A stretch of DNA of 64,000 bases from Myxococcota bacterium (GCA_041389525.1 JAWKRR010000018.1:1721-65720); one strand, 5' to 3'. Positions 32,208 to 42,450 are shown, counted from the stretch's first letter. The notes: generated by a model not told the origin, from the letters alone. Numbers and translations: made by a program.

Positions 32208-33183
32208 GGACGAGGGTGACGAGAACGACGCGCTCAAGGACGTGTTCTCGAACATCCCGGCGGGCGAGGCCGCGGTCTCGACCATCGACGGCGTCACGCT
32301 GGACATCACGAACCTCGTCCCGGCCATCACGGACGCGTGGACCTACGACGGCTCGCTGACCACGCCGCCCTGCTCGGAAGGCGTGAACTGGATCGTCATG
32401 GCCGAGTCCATGGAGGTCTCCGCGGCGCAGCTCAAGGCGTTCACCGACGTCATTGAGGACAACAACCGCCCCACGCAGTCCCTCGAGGCCCGCACGATTC
32501 ACGGCGCCCACTGGTCCTACGAGGGCGAGGCCGGTCCGGAGAATTGGGGCGAGCTGGCGCACGCGTGGGGGACCTGCGAAGAGGGCACCGAGCAGTCGCC
32601 CATCGACATCGACACCGCGACCGCGCCTGCCGATTTCAGCTCGCTGTCGACGACCTACGGGACCTCGGCGCTGAACATCCTCAACAACGGCCACACGGTT
32701 CAGGTCAACGTGGACGCGGGCAGCACCATCGACGTGGCCGGCAAGGCCTACTCGCTGCTGCAGTTCCACTTCCACGCGGGCAGCGAGCACACCCGTGACG
32801 GGGCGCAGGCCCCCATCGAGATGCACATGGTCCACCAGGCGGCCGACAAGTCGCTGGCGGTCCTCGGTGTGTTCATCACGGAGGGCTCCGAGAACGACAC
32901 GTTGAAGGGCGTGTTCTCGAACCTGCCCGTCACCAGCACGCCCGTCAGCACCGTGGACGGCGAGACCGTCGACGTCGCTGGGCTGCTGCCGGCCAGCCTG
33001 ATGGGCTGGTCGTACGCGGGCTCGCTGACCACGCCGCCCTGCTCGGAGGGCGTGAGTTGGATGGTGATGTCGGAGGATATCGAGGCGTCGAAGGCGCAGA
33101 TCGACAGCTTCACGTCCATCTTCAGCGACAATTTCCGCCCCGTGCAGTCGCTCGGCGCGCGCACGTTGACCGCGGGTAACTAA
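32185..33183 (+). CDS. Tandem-domain alpha-carbonic anhydrase, 5' part replaced by the repeat array
   Basis: Complete second domain (HWSYEG..GPENWG, QSPIDI, NNGHTVQ, QFHFHAGSEH, EMHMVH, YAGSLTTPPCSEGV). The first domain is only its C-terminal half (YDGSLTTPPCSEGVNW..NNRPTQ) and begins at the REP junction near 32207. Confidence 0.85.
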   Translation: MRGSDTDVDEGDENDALKDVFSNIPAGEAAVSTIDGVTLDITNLVPAITDAWTYDGSLTTPPCSEGVNWIVMAESMEVSAAQLKAFTDVIEDNNRPTQSLEARTIHGAHWSYEGEAGPENWGELAHAWGTCEEGTEQSPIDIDTATAPADFSSLSTTYGTSALNILNNGHTVQVNVDAGSTIDVAGKAYSLLQFHFHAGSEHTRDGAQAPIEMHMVHQAADKSLAVLGVFITEGSENDTLKGVFSNLPVTSTPVSTVDGETVDVAGLLPASLMGWSYAGSLTTPPCSEGVSWMVMSEDIEASKAQIDSFTSIFSDNFRPVQSLGARTLTAGN

Positions 33184-33317
33184 GGAGCGCGGGCGAGCGG
33201 GCTTATCTCGCCTCGCCCGTCGCTCATCGGTGTCGTGAACGGGGCGCTCGGCTCAGGCTGAGCGCCCCGCTTCGTTTTGGGGTCCGTCGGTGCTGGTGGG
33301 CCGCAGGCACGCGCGCG

Positions 33318-35126
33318 TCAGGGGCAGTCGGCGACGGCGCGGTAGGGCGATTCGGGGTAGCAGCCGGGGCGGTAGTCGGCGTCGTCGCGGGCGGACCAGG
33401 CTCCGAGGGAGAGGGCGGCGCCGGCCATGAAGGTGCGCTGCTCGATGCGGGCGAGGCGCCAGGCGGGGCGAAGCTCGGCTGGGACGGCGGCGGGGGCCAG
33501 GGTGACCAGCTCGCGCTGGCGGCTGCTGAGGGGGTCCGACGCGAGGCCTTGGAAAGCCAGCAGCGCCAGGGTCGCCAGCGCGATGAGCAGCGGGGCCCAG
33601 CGGGTGAGCGGCGGCGGCCGGGGCGCGGGGGCGGGCGGGTGCTCCGGGCGCGCCGTCACGACCAGCCCGTAGGCGGCGACGACGGCGGCGAGGTGCAGCC
33701 AGACCCAGGGCGCGACGACGGCGAGGTTTCGGAGGCCGGGCGTGCGGCTGGGGTCCAGGTCGAGGACCGGCATCAGGGCGCCGCTGACGAAGAGCGGCAG
33801 GCTGAACTGCCACAGGGGGCTGGCCACCTCGGTGGGGTGCAGCGGGACCGTCCAGACGGTGGCGAATTGGTAGAAGGTCGCCACGGCGAGGGTGGCGGTC
33901 AGGGCGGCGAAGAGGGCGTGGCGGCGCGCGGCGGCCCAGGTCTCGGCGAGGTGAGCGAGGTGAGCCAGCCCGAGGGCCAGCCACGGGTAAGCGGGGAGCA
34001 TGTGGCGGTTGAAGGGGGCGTCGTCGGGGTTGGTGCCGACCCAGATGGCGTTGAAGCAGAGGGGGGCGATCACCATGGCCAGGGCGGTGAGGCCGGCGAA
34101 GCGGGTGGCGCGGCGGGCGATCATGGCGGCCACGCCGAACTGCGCGATGGCGGCCCAGGGGGCGTGGAGGAAGAGACCCAGGCGGGCGCCGACCAGGGCT
34201 TCACGGAGGGTGGCGAAGCTCCAGCCGATGGCGTGGTGGCGGGCGGCGTGGTCGGCGTTGAGGAAGGCGGGGGCGTAGGCGGTGGTGAAGGGGCCGCCCC
34301 AGACGATGGTGTTGTAGGTGAGCAGGGCGGCGGCGGGGAGCGCGACCGCGAGCAGGCCGACCGGCAGCAAGGGTCTCCACGGGCGGGCGGTGCGGACGCG
34401 GCGGGCGAGGTCGATGGCGGCGACCATCGCGCCGTAGGCCCAGAACACCATGTTGTCGATGCCGGCGAGGCCCATGAGCAGGGCGGCGGCGGCGTAGCGG
34501 GGGCGGGAGTCGCCGGTCTGGAGCAGCAGCCAGGCGCTGACGAGCAGCAGGGTGGGGCGGGCGTAACCCATGAACATCATGGCGTAGACGCAGAGGGGCG
34601 AGGCGAGCAGGAGGGTCGCGAGGGCGAGCAGGGCGGCGCGCGGGCCGTGGCGGGCGAGCAGGTAGCGGCCGAGCTGGTGCGCGATGAGGAGGCAGGGCAG
34701 CAGGATGGTGAGGAGCGAGAGCATCGCGATGGCCCAGTGGGTCGGCGGGCGGCCGTCGGGGGCGAGCTGGCTTAGGACCCAGTAGGCGGGGATGGCGGCC
34801 CAGGAGATGCCGGGGGGCTTCTGGGAGTAGGGGCGGCCGTCTTTGAACGAGAGGTCGAGCTCGGCGCCGCGCTCGGTGCGGGCGAGGACGTCCTCGATGG
34901 ACCAGTCGCCGTAGCGGACCCAGGCCTCGGCCGAGGCGTAGCGGACGAAGCGGTTGGTCTCGTGGGCCGCGGTGGTCTCGCGGTCGGGCAGCGCGATAGC
35001 GAACCCGGCGAGCACCAGCAGGGCGAGCAGCGCGCGGTGGGATGAGCCGCGACCGCGGTGCAGGATGACGGCCAGCGCGGCCACCAGCGCCGCGCTGACG
35101 CCGAGGAGTGCGCTCGCTGAGTACAT
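33318..35126 (-). CDS. Polytopic membrane protein, probable GT-C type glycosyltransferase
   Basis: More than 10 TM segments; periplasmic loop DLSFKDGRPYSQKPPGISWAAIP; late RHMLPAYPWL motif. Family inferred. Confidence 0.6.
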   Translation of the reverse strand: MYSASALLGVSAALVAALAVILHRGRGSSHRALLALLVLAGFAIALPDRETTAAHETNRFVRYASAEAWVRYGDWSIEDVLARTERGAELDLSFKDGRPYSQKPPGISWAAIPAYWVLSQLAPDGRPPTHWAIAMLSLLTILLPCLLIAHQLGRYLLARHGPRAALLALATLLLASPLCVYAMMFMGYARPTLLLVSAWLLLQTGDSRPRYAAAALLMGLAGIDNMVFWAYGAMVAAIDLARRVRTARPWRPLLPVGLLAVALPAAALLTYNTIVWGGPFTTAYAPAFLNADHAARHHAIGWSFATLREALVGARLGLFLHAPWAAIAQFGVAAMIARRATRFAGLTALAMVIAPLCFNAIWVGTNPDDAPFNRHMLPAYPWLALGLAHLAHLAETWAAARRHALFAALTATLAVATFYQFATVWTVPLHPTEVASPLWQFSLPLFVSGALMPVLDLDPSRTPGLRNLAVVAPWVWLHLAAVVAAYGLVVTARPEHPPAPAPRPPPLTRWAPLLIALATLALLAFQGLASDPLSSRQRELVTLAPAAVPAELRPAWRLARIEQRTFMAGAALSLGAWSARDDADYRPGCYPESPYRAVADCP

Positions 35127-35317
35127 CGAACCTCCGGGTCGATATGCGCGTTCTTATGAGGCGATGTTGCGGTGCAGCATTCCGCGCGCCGTGTCAGGCA
35201 CCCGCCCCCGTGTGGCCACAGGTTGCCACGACTCGCAGCGCCCCCGGAAGCCGCCTCCATGGCGGCTCGCCCTGACCTGCGGGGCAGGCCAAGGGTAGAC
35301 CGTGCTCGAGCAGGCCG

Positions 35318-37528
35318 CTACTGGGGCGGCGAGAGGGCCGCGCTACCACCATAAGGGCGCGCCTGCTTCATGAAGAGGCGGGGCGTCTCGTCGGCGGCCG
35401 CGTCGAACTTGAACTCGACGTCCATGGCGTAGAAGCCGTCGATGGCGCCCGTGCCGGAGCCGTAGAGCGGCGCGAAGAAGCGGTGGATCTCGCTCAGCGC
35501 TTGGCCCAACCGGTAGGTCTGCGCGGCCGAGAGCACGGTCCTCCCAGGCAGCACCTGGTTGGAGTGCGAGAGAAACGAGATGGGCGAGCCGGGGAAGTCG
35601 TAGTGGTAGATGAAGCTGTCGGTGGTCACGCCGGGCTCGGGTTTCACCACCGAAAGCTCGCCCACCTGCACGTTGACGAAGAAGCCAGGCTCCAAGCCCG
35701 ACGTGTTGAAGGGGTTGCCGGTCAGGGCGACGCCGTTGGCCTCCTCGTCCGGGAAGCTCTGGTGCACCAGCAGCGCCATGCCGATGCCGGTGTGGTCGAT
35801 GCTGCGGTACTCGCGCTCCTGGAAGGCCCGCGAGGTCCAGACGCTGGCCCAGACATCTTTGATGGCGGCGTCGACGGGGCGCTCGGGGTCGCTGGGGTCG
35901 CCGCTCTTCGAGGTGTAGAGCCCGGCACCGGTGAACCCGTCGAGGTCCTCGCCGTTGGTGCTGGAGCGAAAGCGCATGCGCACGCCCGGGTAGTCGGCGG
36001 CCAGCTTTGCTGAGACGGCGCCTAGGAAATCGGCGTCGATGGGGGCGGCGGCGATCTTGTCGCGCAGGGCCTCGAGCGCGGCGTCGCGGTACAGCGGGTC
36101 GGCACCCACCTGGGGGTCGGCGAGCAGCGCGGCGATGTCGGCGTCGAGCCCGTTCTGCGTCAGGTGCTGCATGTAATAGTAGAGCGGGATGGCGAAGGCC
36201 TTGGGCACCGGGACGATGGGGGTGCCGTCGTCGAAGCTGCGCATCGCGTGAAAGGTCCCGTAGTGGCTGGCTTTTCCGCCGAAGGCCGGGATGGCCGCGG
36301 CGAGCGCGGGCCCCAGACCCGCCGACAGGTCCAGCACCTCCTCGATGTCGGTCAGCGCGGTGACGTCGAGGTTCATGGACGGCACGGCGATCCCGGCCGG
36401 CTTGTGCGCCTCCCACCACGCGTCCGCCTCGGCCTGCGTCACCTCGCGGATGCTCCAGTCGAAGGGGCCGACGCGAAGCTCGACCCAGCGGCCGTCCAGC
36501 GCACGCAGGGCCGGGTCCTCGAAGACGCCAAGCTGCGCCATGTTCGGCGTGCCGCGGTTCTGCGACAGCACGTTGATGTGCGAGAGCGCGGTCTGGAAGG
36601 TCGCCGTGATGATGCCCGCGACCACCCCGATGTCGTTGGGGATCGAGTCCAGCACGACCAGATCTCGGAAATCGAGGGGGCCGACCTCGGCCTCGGCGGC
36701 GGTGGTGAAGCGCAGGCGGCCCACCGCGGTCGCCACGTTGAGCGCCTGGTAGGTGATCCCGGCGAAGAGCTCCTCGGAGCGCATCACCGGGATGGACGGC
36801 GGGAGCTTCGTCGCCTCCGACTCGACCGCCTCGCTGGTCGGGTGAAAGACCAGCGTGGGCCCGAACCACGCGGCGGCCCGGATGCGCTCGAACGCGGTCT
36901 GGATCATCTCGGCGCTGGCCGTGTCGTAGGGCGAGATCTCGTAGGCCCAGACGTCCGGCTCCTGGTACCAGGTGACCGCGCCCAGCAGGAAGCGGCGGTC
37001 GGGGCTGTAGTACTCGGTGGTATTGAACTGGGCGAGCGGCGGCACCAGCGGCAGCCCGGCGCCCGAGAGGTGCGTGCTGGCGAAGGCGTAGTGAATCGGG
37101 AAGCGCTTGGAGTTCTGGAAGTGCAGCGTGTCGCCGGTGACCCGGTCGATGACGGTCTTCAGGCTGAGCGCGCCGGGGATGGAGGCGTCGACGGGTTCGG
37201 ACGCGAGGGTGCGGAAGTCGGCCTCGCAGCCGAGGGTGGGCGCCCAGTCCGGGTCCAGGTCGGTGAGCACGCACTCGACGGGCGGGCTGGCGATATCGGA
37301 GCCGCCGAGGGCTGTGTCGGCGCCTGCGCTGGCGTCGGCGTCCGCGGCCGCGTCTGGGCCGAGCGCGGACGACCCGCTGGCGCCACCGCAGGCGGCCAAT
37401 CCCCAAAAAATACAGGCGGCAGCGAAGGAATTGAGGAGGCGCGACCTCCGCTCGGCCGGCCCCTCAGCCGGGGTCGCGCCGGCGCGGGCCGGGCGACCTG
37501 GCAGAGTCCGTTGCGAGTGGTTGCGCAC
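35318..37528 (-). CDS. Lipoprotein with PEP/pyruvate-binding (PPDK_N, ATP-grasp) domain
   Basis: Lipobox LAAC; FGGKASHY, PKAFAIPLYYY, RFRSSTNGEDLDGFTGAGLYTS, VWASVW..RAFQERE, ANGVALT, MDVEFKF..LFMKQARP. Confidence 0.85.
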   Translation of the reverse strand: MRNHSQRTLPGRPARAGATPAEGPAERRSRLLNSFAAACIFWGLAACGGASGSSALGPDAAADADASAGADTALGGSDIASPPVECVLTDLDPDWAPTLGCEADFRTLASEPVDASIPGALSLKTVIDRVTGDTLHFQNSKRFPIHYAFASTHLSGAGLPLVPPLAQFNTTEYYSPDRRFLLGAVTWYQEPDVWAYEISPYDTASAEMIQTAFERIRAAAWFGPTLVFHPTSEAVESEATKLPPSIPVMRSEELFAGITYQALNVATAVGRLRFTTAAEAEVGPLDFRDLVVLDSIPNDIGVVAGIITATFQTALSHINVLSQNRGTPNMAQLGVFEDPALRALDGRWVELRVGPFDWSIREVTQAEADAWWEAHKPAGIAVPSMNLDVTALTDIEEVLDLSAGLGPALAAAIPAFGGKASHYGTFHAMRSFDDGTPIVPVPKAFAIPLYYYMQHLTQNGLDADIAALLADPQVGADPLYRDAALEALRDKIAAAPIDADFLGAVSAKLAADYPGVRMRFRSSTNGEDLDGFTGAGLYTSKSGDPSDPERPVDAAIKDVWASVWTSRAFQEREYRSIDHTGIGMALLVHQSFPDEEANGVALTGNPFNTSGLEPGFFVNVQVGELSVVKPEPGVTTDSFIYHYDFPGSPISFLSHSNQVLPGRTVLSAAQTYRLGQALSEIHRFFAPLYGSGTGAIDGFYAMDVEFKFDAAADETPRLFMKQARPYGGSAALSPPQ

Positions 37529-37538
37529 GACCCTCCTC

Positions 37539-38699
37539 CTACAGCGCGAAGCAGTAGAGCGCGCCGTAGCCGCCCGAGCACCCGATGCAGGTGCCGGTCC
37601 CGGGGCCGTTCTGCAGCAGGTTCGCGCCCTTGCCGCAGCCGCGCAGCGTGTGGTCGCTGAGCCAGTTCGCCCCGCCCTTGCCGCCGCCCGGGCCGCCGGG
37701 TCCGCCCGAGGTCGCCCGCGGGAAGGAGTGCCCGCACATCACGGCGGTGGTGCTGGTGGAGCCGCCGCTGCCCACGCCGACCGAGCCGCTGTCGCTGGTC
37801 CAGTCGTTGCACGTCGAGCTAGGCGTGGTGCTGTTGAGGTGGCCCAGCTTGTTGCTGCCGGTGACCACGTCGTGGGCGTCGCCCAGCACCGAGGTCGGAA
37901 TCCCGCACTCGTCGGGCAGGTCGTCCACGCTGGCGGCCACGCCGTCCGGGCGGTCGGCCGCGAGCAGGCCCGCGATGCCGGTGGCGACGAGGCGCCCGTT
38001 GGCGTCGTACCAGGGGCCGGCGCCGATGCGGTCGATGGCGTGGACCGGCTGCCCGTCGGGGCCGCTGACCGCGCTCAAGAAGGCCCGCCAGGTCTTGTCG
38101 CCGTTGCCGGTCGCCGCGGCGATGCCCTGGCAGATGGCGTCCGCGCCGGCGAGGCCGCCGAAGTTCCCGCCCAGGCCGCCGCCCAGGTCGGAGACGGGGT
38201 CGCCGCTGAGCGCCCAGATGGCGTTCATGCTGGTCACGAAGAAGCTGAAGTCGGGCTTGGTGACCGTGCACCAGCCGCTGAGCTCGGCGGGGACCGCCGT
38301 GGCGGTGTCGGCCGCGCTGTCGGGGACCGCGTCGGGCGCTGCGTCCGCGACGGCGTCGGGCGTGGCGTCGGGGACCGCGTCGGGCGTCGCGTCAGGCGTC
38401 GCGTCAGGCACGGCGTCGGGAGCCGTGTCCGCCGCCACGTCCGCCACGGCGTCGGGTGCCCCGTCGACCGCGGCGTCGGGTGCCGTGTCCGCGGCGGCGT
38501 CAGGCGCGGCGTCCGCCACCGCGTCGGGTGTCGCGTCCGCGGCCACATCCGCCACCGCATCCGCCGTCGCCACCGCGTCCGACACGACGTCGACCGCCGC
38601 CGCGTCCGCGTCCGCGCCCGAGGTCGTCGAGTCACCACAGCCCGAGATCCCTCCAGCCAGCAGCGCAAACCCAATCGCCAAATGCCACCGTGTCTTCAT
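37539..38699 (-). CDS. Lipoprotein with endostatin/NC10-like (C-type lectin fold) domain
   Basis: Lipobox ISGC; DA-rich linker; FSFFVTS..GGNFGGLAGADAICQ..KTWRAFLS..IDRIGAGPWYDANG..LYCFA. Confidence 0.75.
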   Translation of the reverse strand: MKTRWHLAIGFALLAGGISGCGDSTTSGADADAAAVDVVSDAVATADAVADVAADATPDAVADAAPDAAADTAPDAAVDGAPDAVADVAADTAPDAVPDATPDATPDAVPDATPDAVADAAPDAVPDSAADTATAVPAELSGWCTVTKPDFSFFVTSMNAIWALSGDPVSDLGGGLGGNFGGLAGADAICQGIAAATGNGDKTWRAFLSAVSGPDGQPVHAIDRIGAGPWYDANGRLVATGIAGLLAADRPDGVAASVDDLPDECGIPTSVLGDAHDVVTGSNKLGHLNSTTPSSTCNDWTSDSGSVGVGSGGSTSTTAVMCGHSFPRATSGGPGGPGGGKGGANWLSDHTLRGCGKGANLLQNGPGTGTCIGCSGGYGALYCFAL

Positions 38700-39733
38700 C
38701 GCGTCACTCCACAGGTCAGGTCGACGCCGCAGGTCTGGCCCGCCTCGCAGTCGTCGTCGTTCGAGCACGAGGTCAGCCCCGGAATCTCGACCGCGAGGGT
38801 GCGGCCGGACTCCACCACCAGGTCAAAACAGCCAGTCGCCAGCTGGGTGGAGTCGGCGGTGTGCCGGCTCAGGGACACGCTGGGGAAGCCCGAGTAGCCG
38901 AGATCCAGCAGGGCGTTGATGTGGGCGGTCGGGATCTCGAAGCTGCCGTCGTCGGCGGTCAGGCACTCGACGCGCCCGGGGGTGCCGCCGTGGTTGGCGA
39001 TGCTCAGCTCGATGCGGACGCGCGCGGCGCTGGGGTCGGCGGGGGCGGTCCATTTCAGGGCGCCGGGCTGGTCGCGCGCGATGGCGAGGGCGGTCGTCTC
39101 GACCACGAGGGCCGGGACGCCGGTGGCCGCCAGCGACACGGTCTCGGGGCCGACCACGGACAGGCCGATGGGGTCGCCGGCCGCGAACCCGGGGTGGGGC
39201 AGGTCGCCCGCGAAGTAGTAGATGCGGGTTGGCAGGATGGCCTTCATCTCGACCGGGGCGCTGAGGCCGCTGATGGTGACGGTGCCGATGTCGACCTTGG
39301 TGGGGTAGGCGATGCAGGCGCCCGACGGCGTGCAGGCTTGGCCAGACGGGCAGGCGGGGTCGCAGAAGAGGGTCGGGGGCCGGAGCAGGCGGCACTCGCC
39401 CTGGTCGAGGGTCACGGCGGGGACGTCGGCCGGGACCACGCCGCTGGCCGCGCCGCCTTGGACCGACGTGGACTTCTCGCCCAGGGCGACGACGAAGCCG
39501 CCGGTGCGCTCGGAGGGTTCGCAGCGCGCGTAGGGGGCGGCGGGCGACGCGTCGGGCTGGGGGCCGAGCTCGGCGTCGGCTTGGGCTGCGGAGTCGGCGG
39601 CCGTGTCTGCGGCGAGGTCGGCCGTGACGTCCGCGCTGTCTGGGCTGGCCGTGCCGTCGCTCGAGCCGCCGTCGCAGGCCATCGCCGCGCAGCACGCCAG
39701 CGCCACCGCCGCGGCGAGAGAAGATCGAGACAC
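38696..39733 (-). CDS. Hypothetical Cys-containing lipoprotein
   Basis: Lipobox AMAC; CRLLRPPTLFCDPACPSGQAC; C-terminal CSNDDDCEAGQTC; 4-nt overlap with the next gene. Confidence 0.75.
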   Translation of the reverse strand: MSRSSLAAAVALACCAAMACDGGSSDGTASPDSADVTADLAADTAADSAAQADAELGPQPDASPAAPYARCEPSERTGGFVVALGEKSTSVQGGAASGVVPADVPAVTLDQGECRLLRPPTLFCDPACPSGQACTPSGACIAYPTKVDIGTVTISGLSAPVEMKAILPTRIYYFAGDLPHPGFAAGDPIGLSVVGPETVSLAATGVPALVVETTALAIARDQPGALKWTAPADPSAARVRIELSIANHGGTPGRVECLTADDGSFEIPTAHINALLDLGYSGFPSVSLSRHTADSTQLATGCFDLVVESGRTLAVEIPGLTSCSNDDDCEAGQTCGVDLTCGVTR

Positions 39734-39928
39734 GGGCTGCTCCCTCGGCGTTCGCGCCGCGCGGGCAGGGATTCGGGCGAGGAGCGCACCCACAGGCTCC
39801 GCTTGGTACACCCAAGGCAGAAGTAGCACAGGCCCGCATGCCGGCACAAAGCAGTTTGGCGGGCGGCGGCGCGGGGCCAGGGCCCGGGACGCCACGACGA
39901 GGCCGCGCGGGTCTGCTAGCCTCGCGCG

Positions 39929-40966
39929 ATGAACGACGCACCGCTGGTCTTTGTCCACGGCATCAAGGGCGGGCGGCTCAGCACGCCGGATGGGCGGCTG
40001 CGCTGGATCGGCTGCCGCAGCGCGCTGGGGCTGGACCGGCGGCCGCTCGCCGCGCCGCTGACGTGGACCGGCGGCGCGCAGGACGCGGACGAGCTGGTGG
40101 CGGGCGGGCCGCTGGCGAGCGTGCTGGGCGTGAAGGTCTACGCGCGGTTTCTGGCCTGGGCGCGGGCTCAGGCCGCGGAGTTTCAGGGGCTGGCTTACGA
40201 TTGGCGGCGAGATCTTCCCGAGGCGGTGGCGCGGCTGACCGCGCTGCTGGAAGCGCTCGCGGCGCGACACGGCCGCCCGGCGCGGGTCATCGGCCACTCC
40301 ATGGGCGGGCTCATCACCTGGCTGGCGCTGCGCGAGCGGCCTGAGTTGGCGGCCAGCGTGCTCTTCGCCGCGGTCCCCTTCGGCGCCGGCATCTCCTTTG
40401 GCGGCGTCATGCAGCACGGCGAGCGGCTGGGCCTGAACGGGCGGCTTTCCAACGTCGAGGCTCACGGCTCGTGGACCGCGCCCTACTGCTTTTTCCCTGC
40501 TGGCGCCTCGCAGATCGAGGACTCCGCCGGACGCCCGGTGGAGCACGACTGGTACGACGTCGCCGCCTGGGAGCGCCAGCGGCTCGGCGTCTTCGGCCAG
40601 CCCGACTGCGACGCCGCCGCGTGGCGCACGCACCTGACCCACGCGCTGGCCTGCGCGCGCCGGACCCGCGCCCTGCTGGACCAACCCCACCCGCAGCCCG
40701 AGCGCCTGCCGCCGCTGGCCGTGCTCTCCGGCGTCGGCCGCCGCGCGGTCCAGATCGCCATCCGCGGGGGCACCGACGCAGCGCCCACCTGGGATTTCAC
40801 GAGCGGCCGCGCCGACGATGGCGACGGCTCGGTGGGGGCGGTGCGCAGCGTCCCGCCCGGGGGCCTCCAGGTCACGTCGGCGACCACGACCCTGGCGCAC
40901 CAGAAGGTCCTCGACGACCTCGACCAGGTCGGCGCGCTGATGCAGGCGCTGGCCGCGCGCGAGTAG
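39929..40966 (+). CDS. Alpha/beta hydrolase (lipase/LCAT-like acyltransferase)
   Basis: FVHGIKG, AYDWRRD, GHSMGG nucleophile elbow, DGDGSV, C-terminal His. Confidence 0.85.
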   Translation: MNDAPLVFVHGIKGGRLSTPDGRLRWIGCRSALGLDRRPLAAPLTWTGGAQDADELVAGGPLASVLGVKVYARFLAWARAQAAEFQGLAYDWRRDLPEAVARLTALLEALAARHGRPARVIGHSMGGLITWLALRERPELAASVLFAAVPFGAGISFGGVMQHGERLGLNGRLSNVEAHGSWTAPYCFFPAGASQIEDSAGRPVEHDWYDVAAWERQRLGVFGQPDCDAAAWRTHLTHALACARRTRALLDQPHPQPERLPPLAVLSGVGRRAVQIAIRGGTDAAPTWDFTSGRADDGDGSVGAVRSVPPGGLQVTSATTTLAHQKVLDDLDQVGALMQALAARE

Positions 40967-40988
40967 TCCGCGCGCGGCCACTCAATCG

Positions 40989-41459
40989 CTAGTCAGCGGT
41001 CCGCAGGTACTCGACGTGGATGGTCGACTCGAACTCGCCGAGGGGCACGCTGGCCCCCGTCTCGGTCTTCCAGGTCTGCTTGAACCAGCGCACGCGCAGC
41101 AGCTGAATCGGCTCGTTGGCCGGCGGCGTGAAGTGCGCGCTGGGCTTCCGCGTCTCGCCGCCCAGCACCACGCCGAGGTGCCCAGGCGCCGCGACCACGT
41201 CGGTCGCCGCGCCAGTGTCCACCGGCTTGAACGTGCCCGCGCGGTTCTCGATGCGCACCTTCTGGCCAGCCCGGAACGTGAACCCCTTCCACTCGACCGT
41301 GGGGTAGTGGCTGTCCTCCGGCGCCTCGGTGGTGGTCTGGGCGGGCTTTGAGTGCGCGCAGGCCGACAGGCTCGACACCAGCACGCAGAACGCCGCGCAC
41401 GCCACGATGTTTCCAAGTCCGAATCGCGCCGTCCGCGCGGTGAGGGTCAACGACCGCAT
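40989..41459 (-). CDS. Hypothetical lipoprotein
   Basis: Lipobox LSAC after a hydrophobic segment; 156 aa with GC-typical codon usage. Confidence 0.6.
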   Translation of the reverse strand: MRSLTLTARTARFGLGNIVACAAFCVLVSSLSACAHSKPAQTTTEAPEDSHYPTVEWKGFTFRAGQKVRIENRAGTFKPVDTGAATDVVAAPGHLGVVLGGETRKPSAHFTPPANEPIQLLRVRWFKQTWKTETGASVPLGEFESTIHVEYLRTAD

Positions 41460-41646
41460 GCTCGTCTCCTTGGGAAAGCAGGTTGCGCCGCGCAGCATGA
41501 CACAAGCCGCGGCGGCCGCCCACGGGTGCCGGGCGGGGGATCTGCGCCGAGGGGAGGGCCCGCGAGACCGGTCTGGGCGGCGGGTGCGGTAGGCTGCGGT
41601 GATCCCGGCGCCGCGCGCGCTCCCACCCCGAGGTCCCGAGGCCCCG

Positions 41647-42441
41647 ATGCCCTTCGACTGGCTGCGAAAGAGGCGGCGGAAGAAGCTGCTCGAGCAGCCC
41701 TTCCCCGACGAGTGGCTCGAGATCCTGCGTGAGAACACCGCCCACTGGCAGTGGCTGGACGCCGCCGAGCAGGCCCTGCTGCGCGACCTGGTGCAGGTCT
41801 TCGTCGCCGAGAAGGCTTGGGAGGGCTGCGGCGGCCTCACGCTGACCGACGAGATCCAGGTGACCATCGCCGCGGACGCGTGCTTACTGCTGCTGGGGCT
41901 GCCCCACGACCTCTACGACTCGGTGCAGACCATCCTGGTCTACCCGTCCACCGTCATCAGCCCGCAGCGGCAGCTTGGGTTCTTCGAGGTGGCGACGGCT
42001 CCGCTGAGCGGCGGGCGGCCCGTCATCGGCGAGGCGCACCTGCGCGGGCCGGTCATCCTGAGCTGGGACGCGGTGCGGCGGGGCGCGCGCCACCCGGAGC
42101 GCGGTCACAACGTCGTGTTTCACGAGTTCGCGCACAAGCTGGACATGCTGGACAGCTACGCCGACGGGACGCCGCCGCTGGCCTCGCGGGCCGACTACAA
42201 GCGCTGGGGCGAGGTCTTCAGCGCGTCGTTCAATGCGCTGCGGGCTGAGGCCGAACAAGGCGAGCCGACGCTGTTGGACCCCTACGGTGCGACAAACGAG
42301 GCCGAGTTCTTCGCGGTCGCGACGGAGACCTTCTTCAACCTCCCGTTGAAGCTGCGAGAGGGCGAGCTGGCTTTATACGAGCTGCTGGCTGAGTTTTATC
42401 AGCAGGATCCGGCCGCGCGGGTGGAGCGACGGGCGGGCTAG
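41647..42441 (+). CDS. mtfA: MtfA-like M90 family zinc peptidase
   Basis: FVAEKAWEGCGGL, ILVYPS, GEAHLRGPVILSW, NVVFHEFAHKLD, LDPYGATNEAEFFAVATETFF. Confidence 0.9.
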   Translation: MPFDWLRKRRRKKLLEQPFPDEWLEILRENTAHWQWLDAAEQALLRDLVQVFVAEKAWEGCGGLTLTDEIQVTIAADACLLLLGLPHDLYDSVQTILVYPSTVISPQRQLGFFEVATAPLSGGRPVIGEAHLRGPVILSWDAVRRGARHPERGHNVVFHEFAHKLDMLDSYADGTPPLASRADYKRWGEVFSASFNALRAEAEQGEPTLLDPYGATNEAEFFAVATETFFNLPLKLREGELALYELLAEFYQQDPAARVERRAG

Positions 42442-42450
42442 CGGGGGGCC

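Noticed and set aside
35191-35202. Isolated REP variant GTGTCAGGCACC upstream of the GT-C-like gene
   Set aside because: Only a 10/12 match to the core, single copy and no partner arm; it may be chance in GC-rich DNA.
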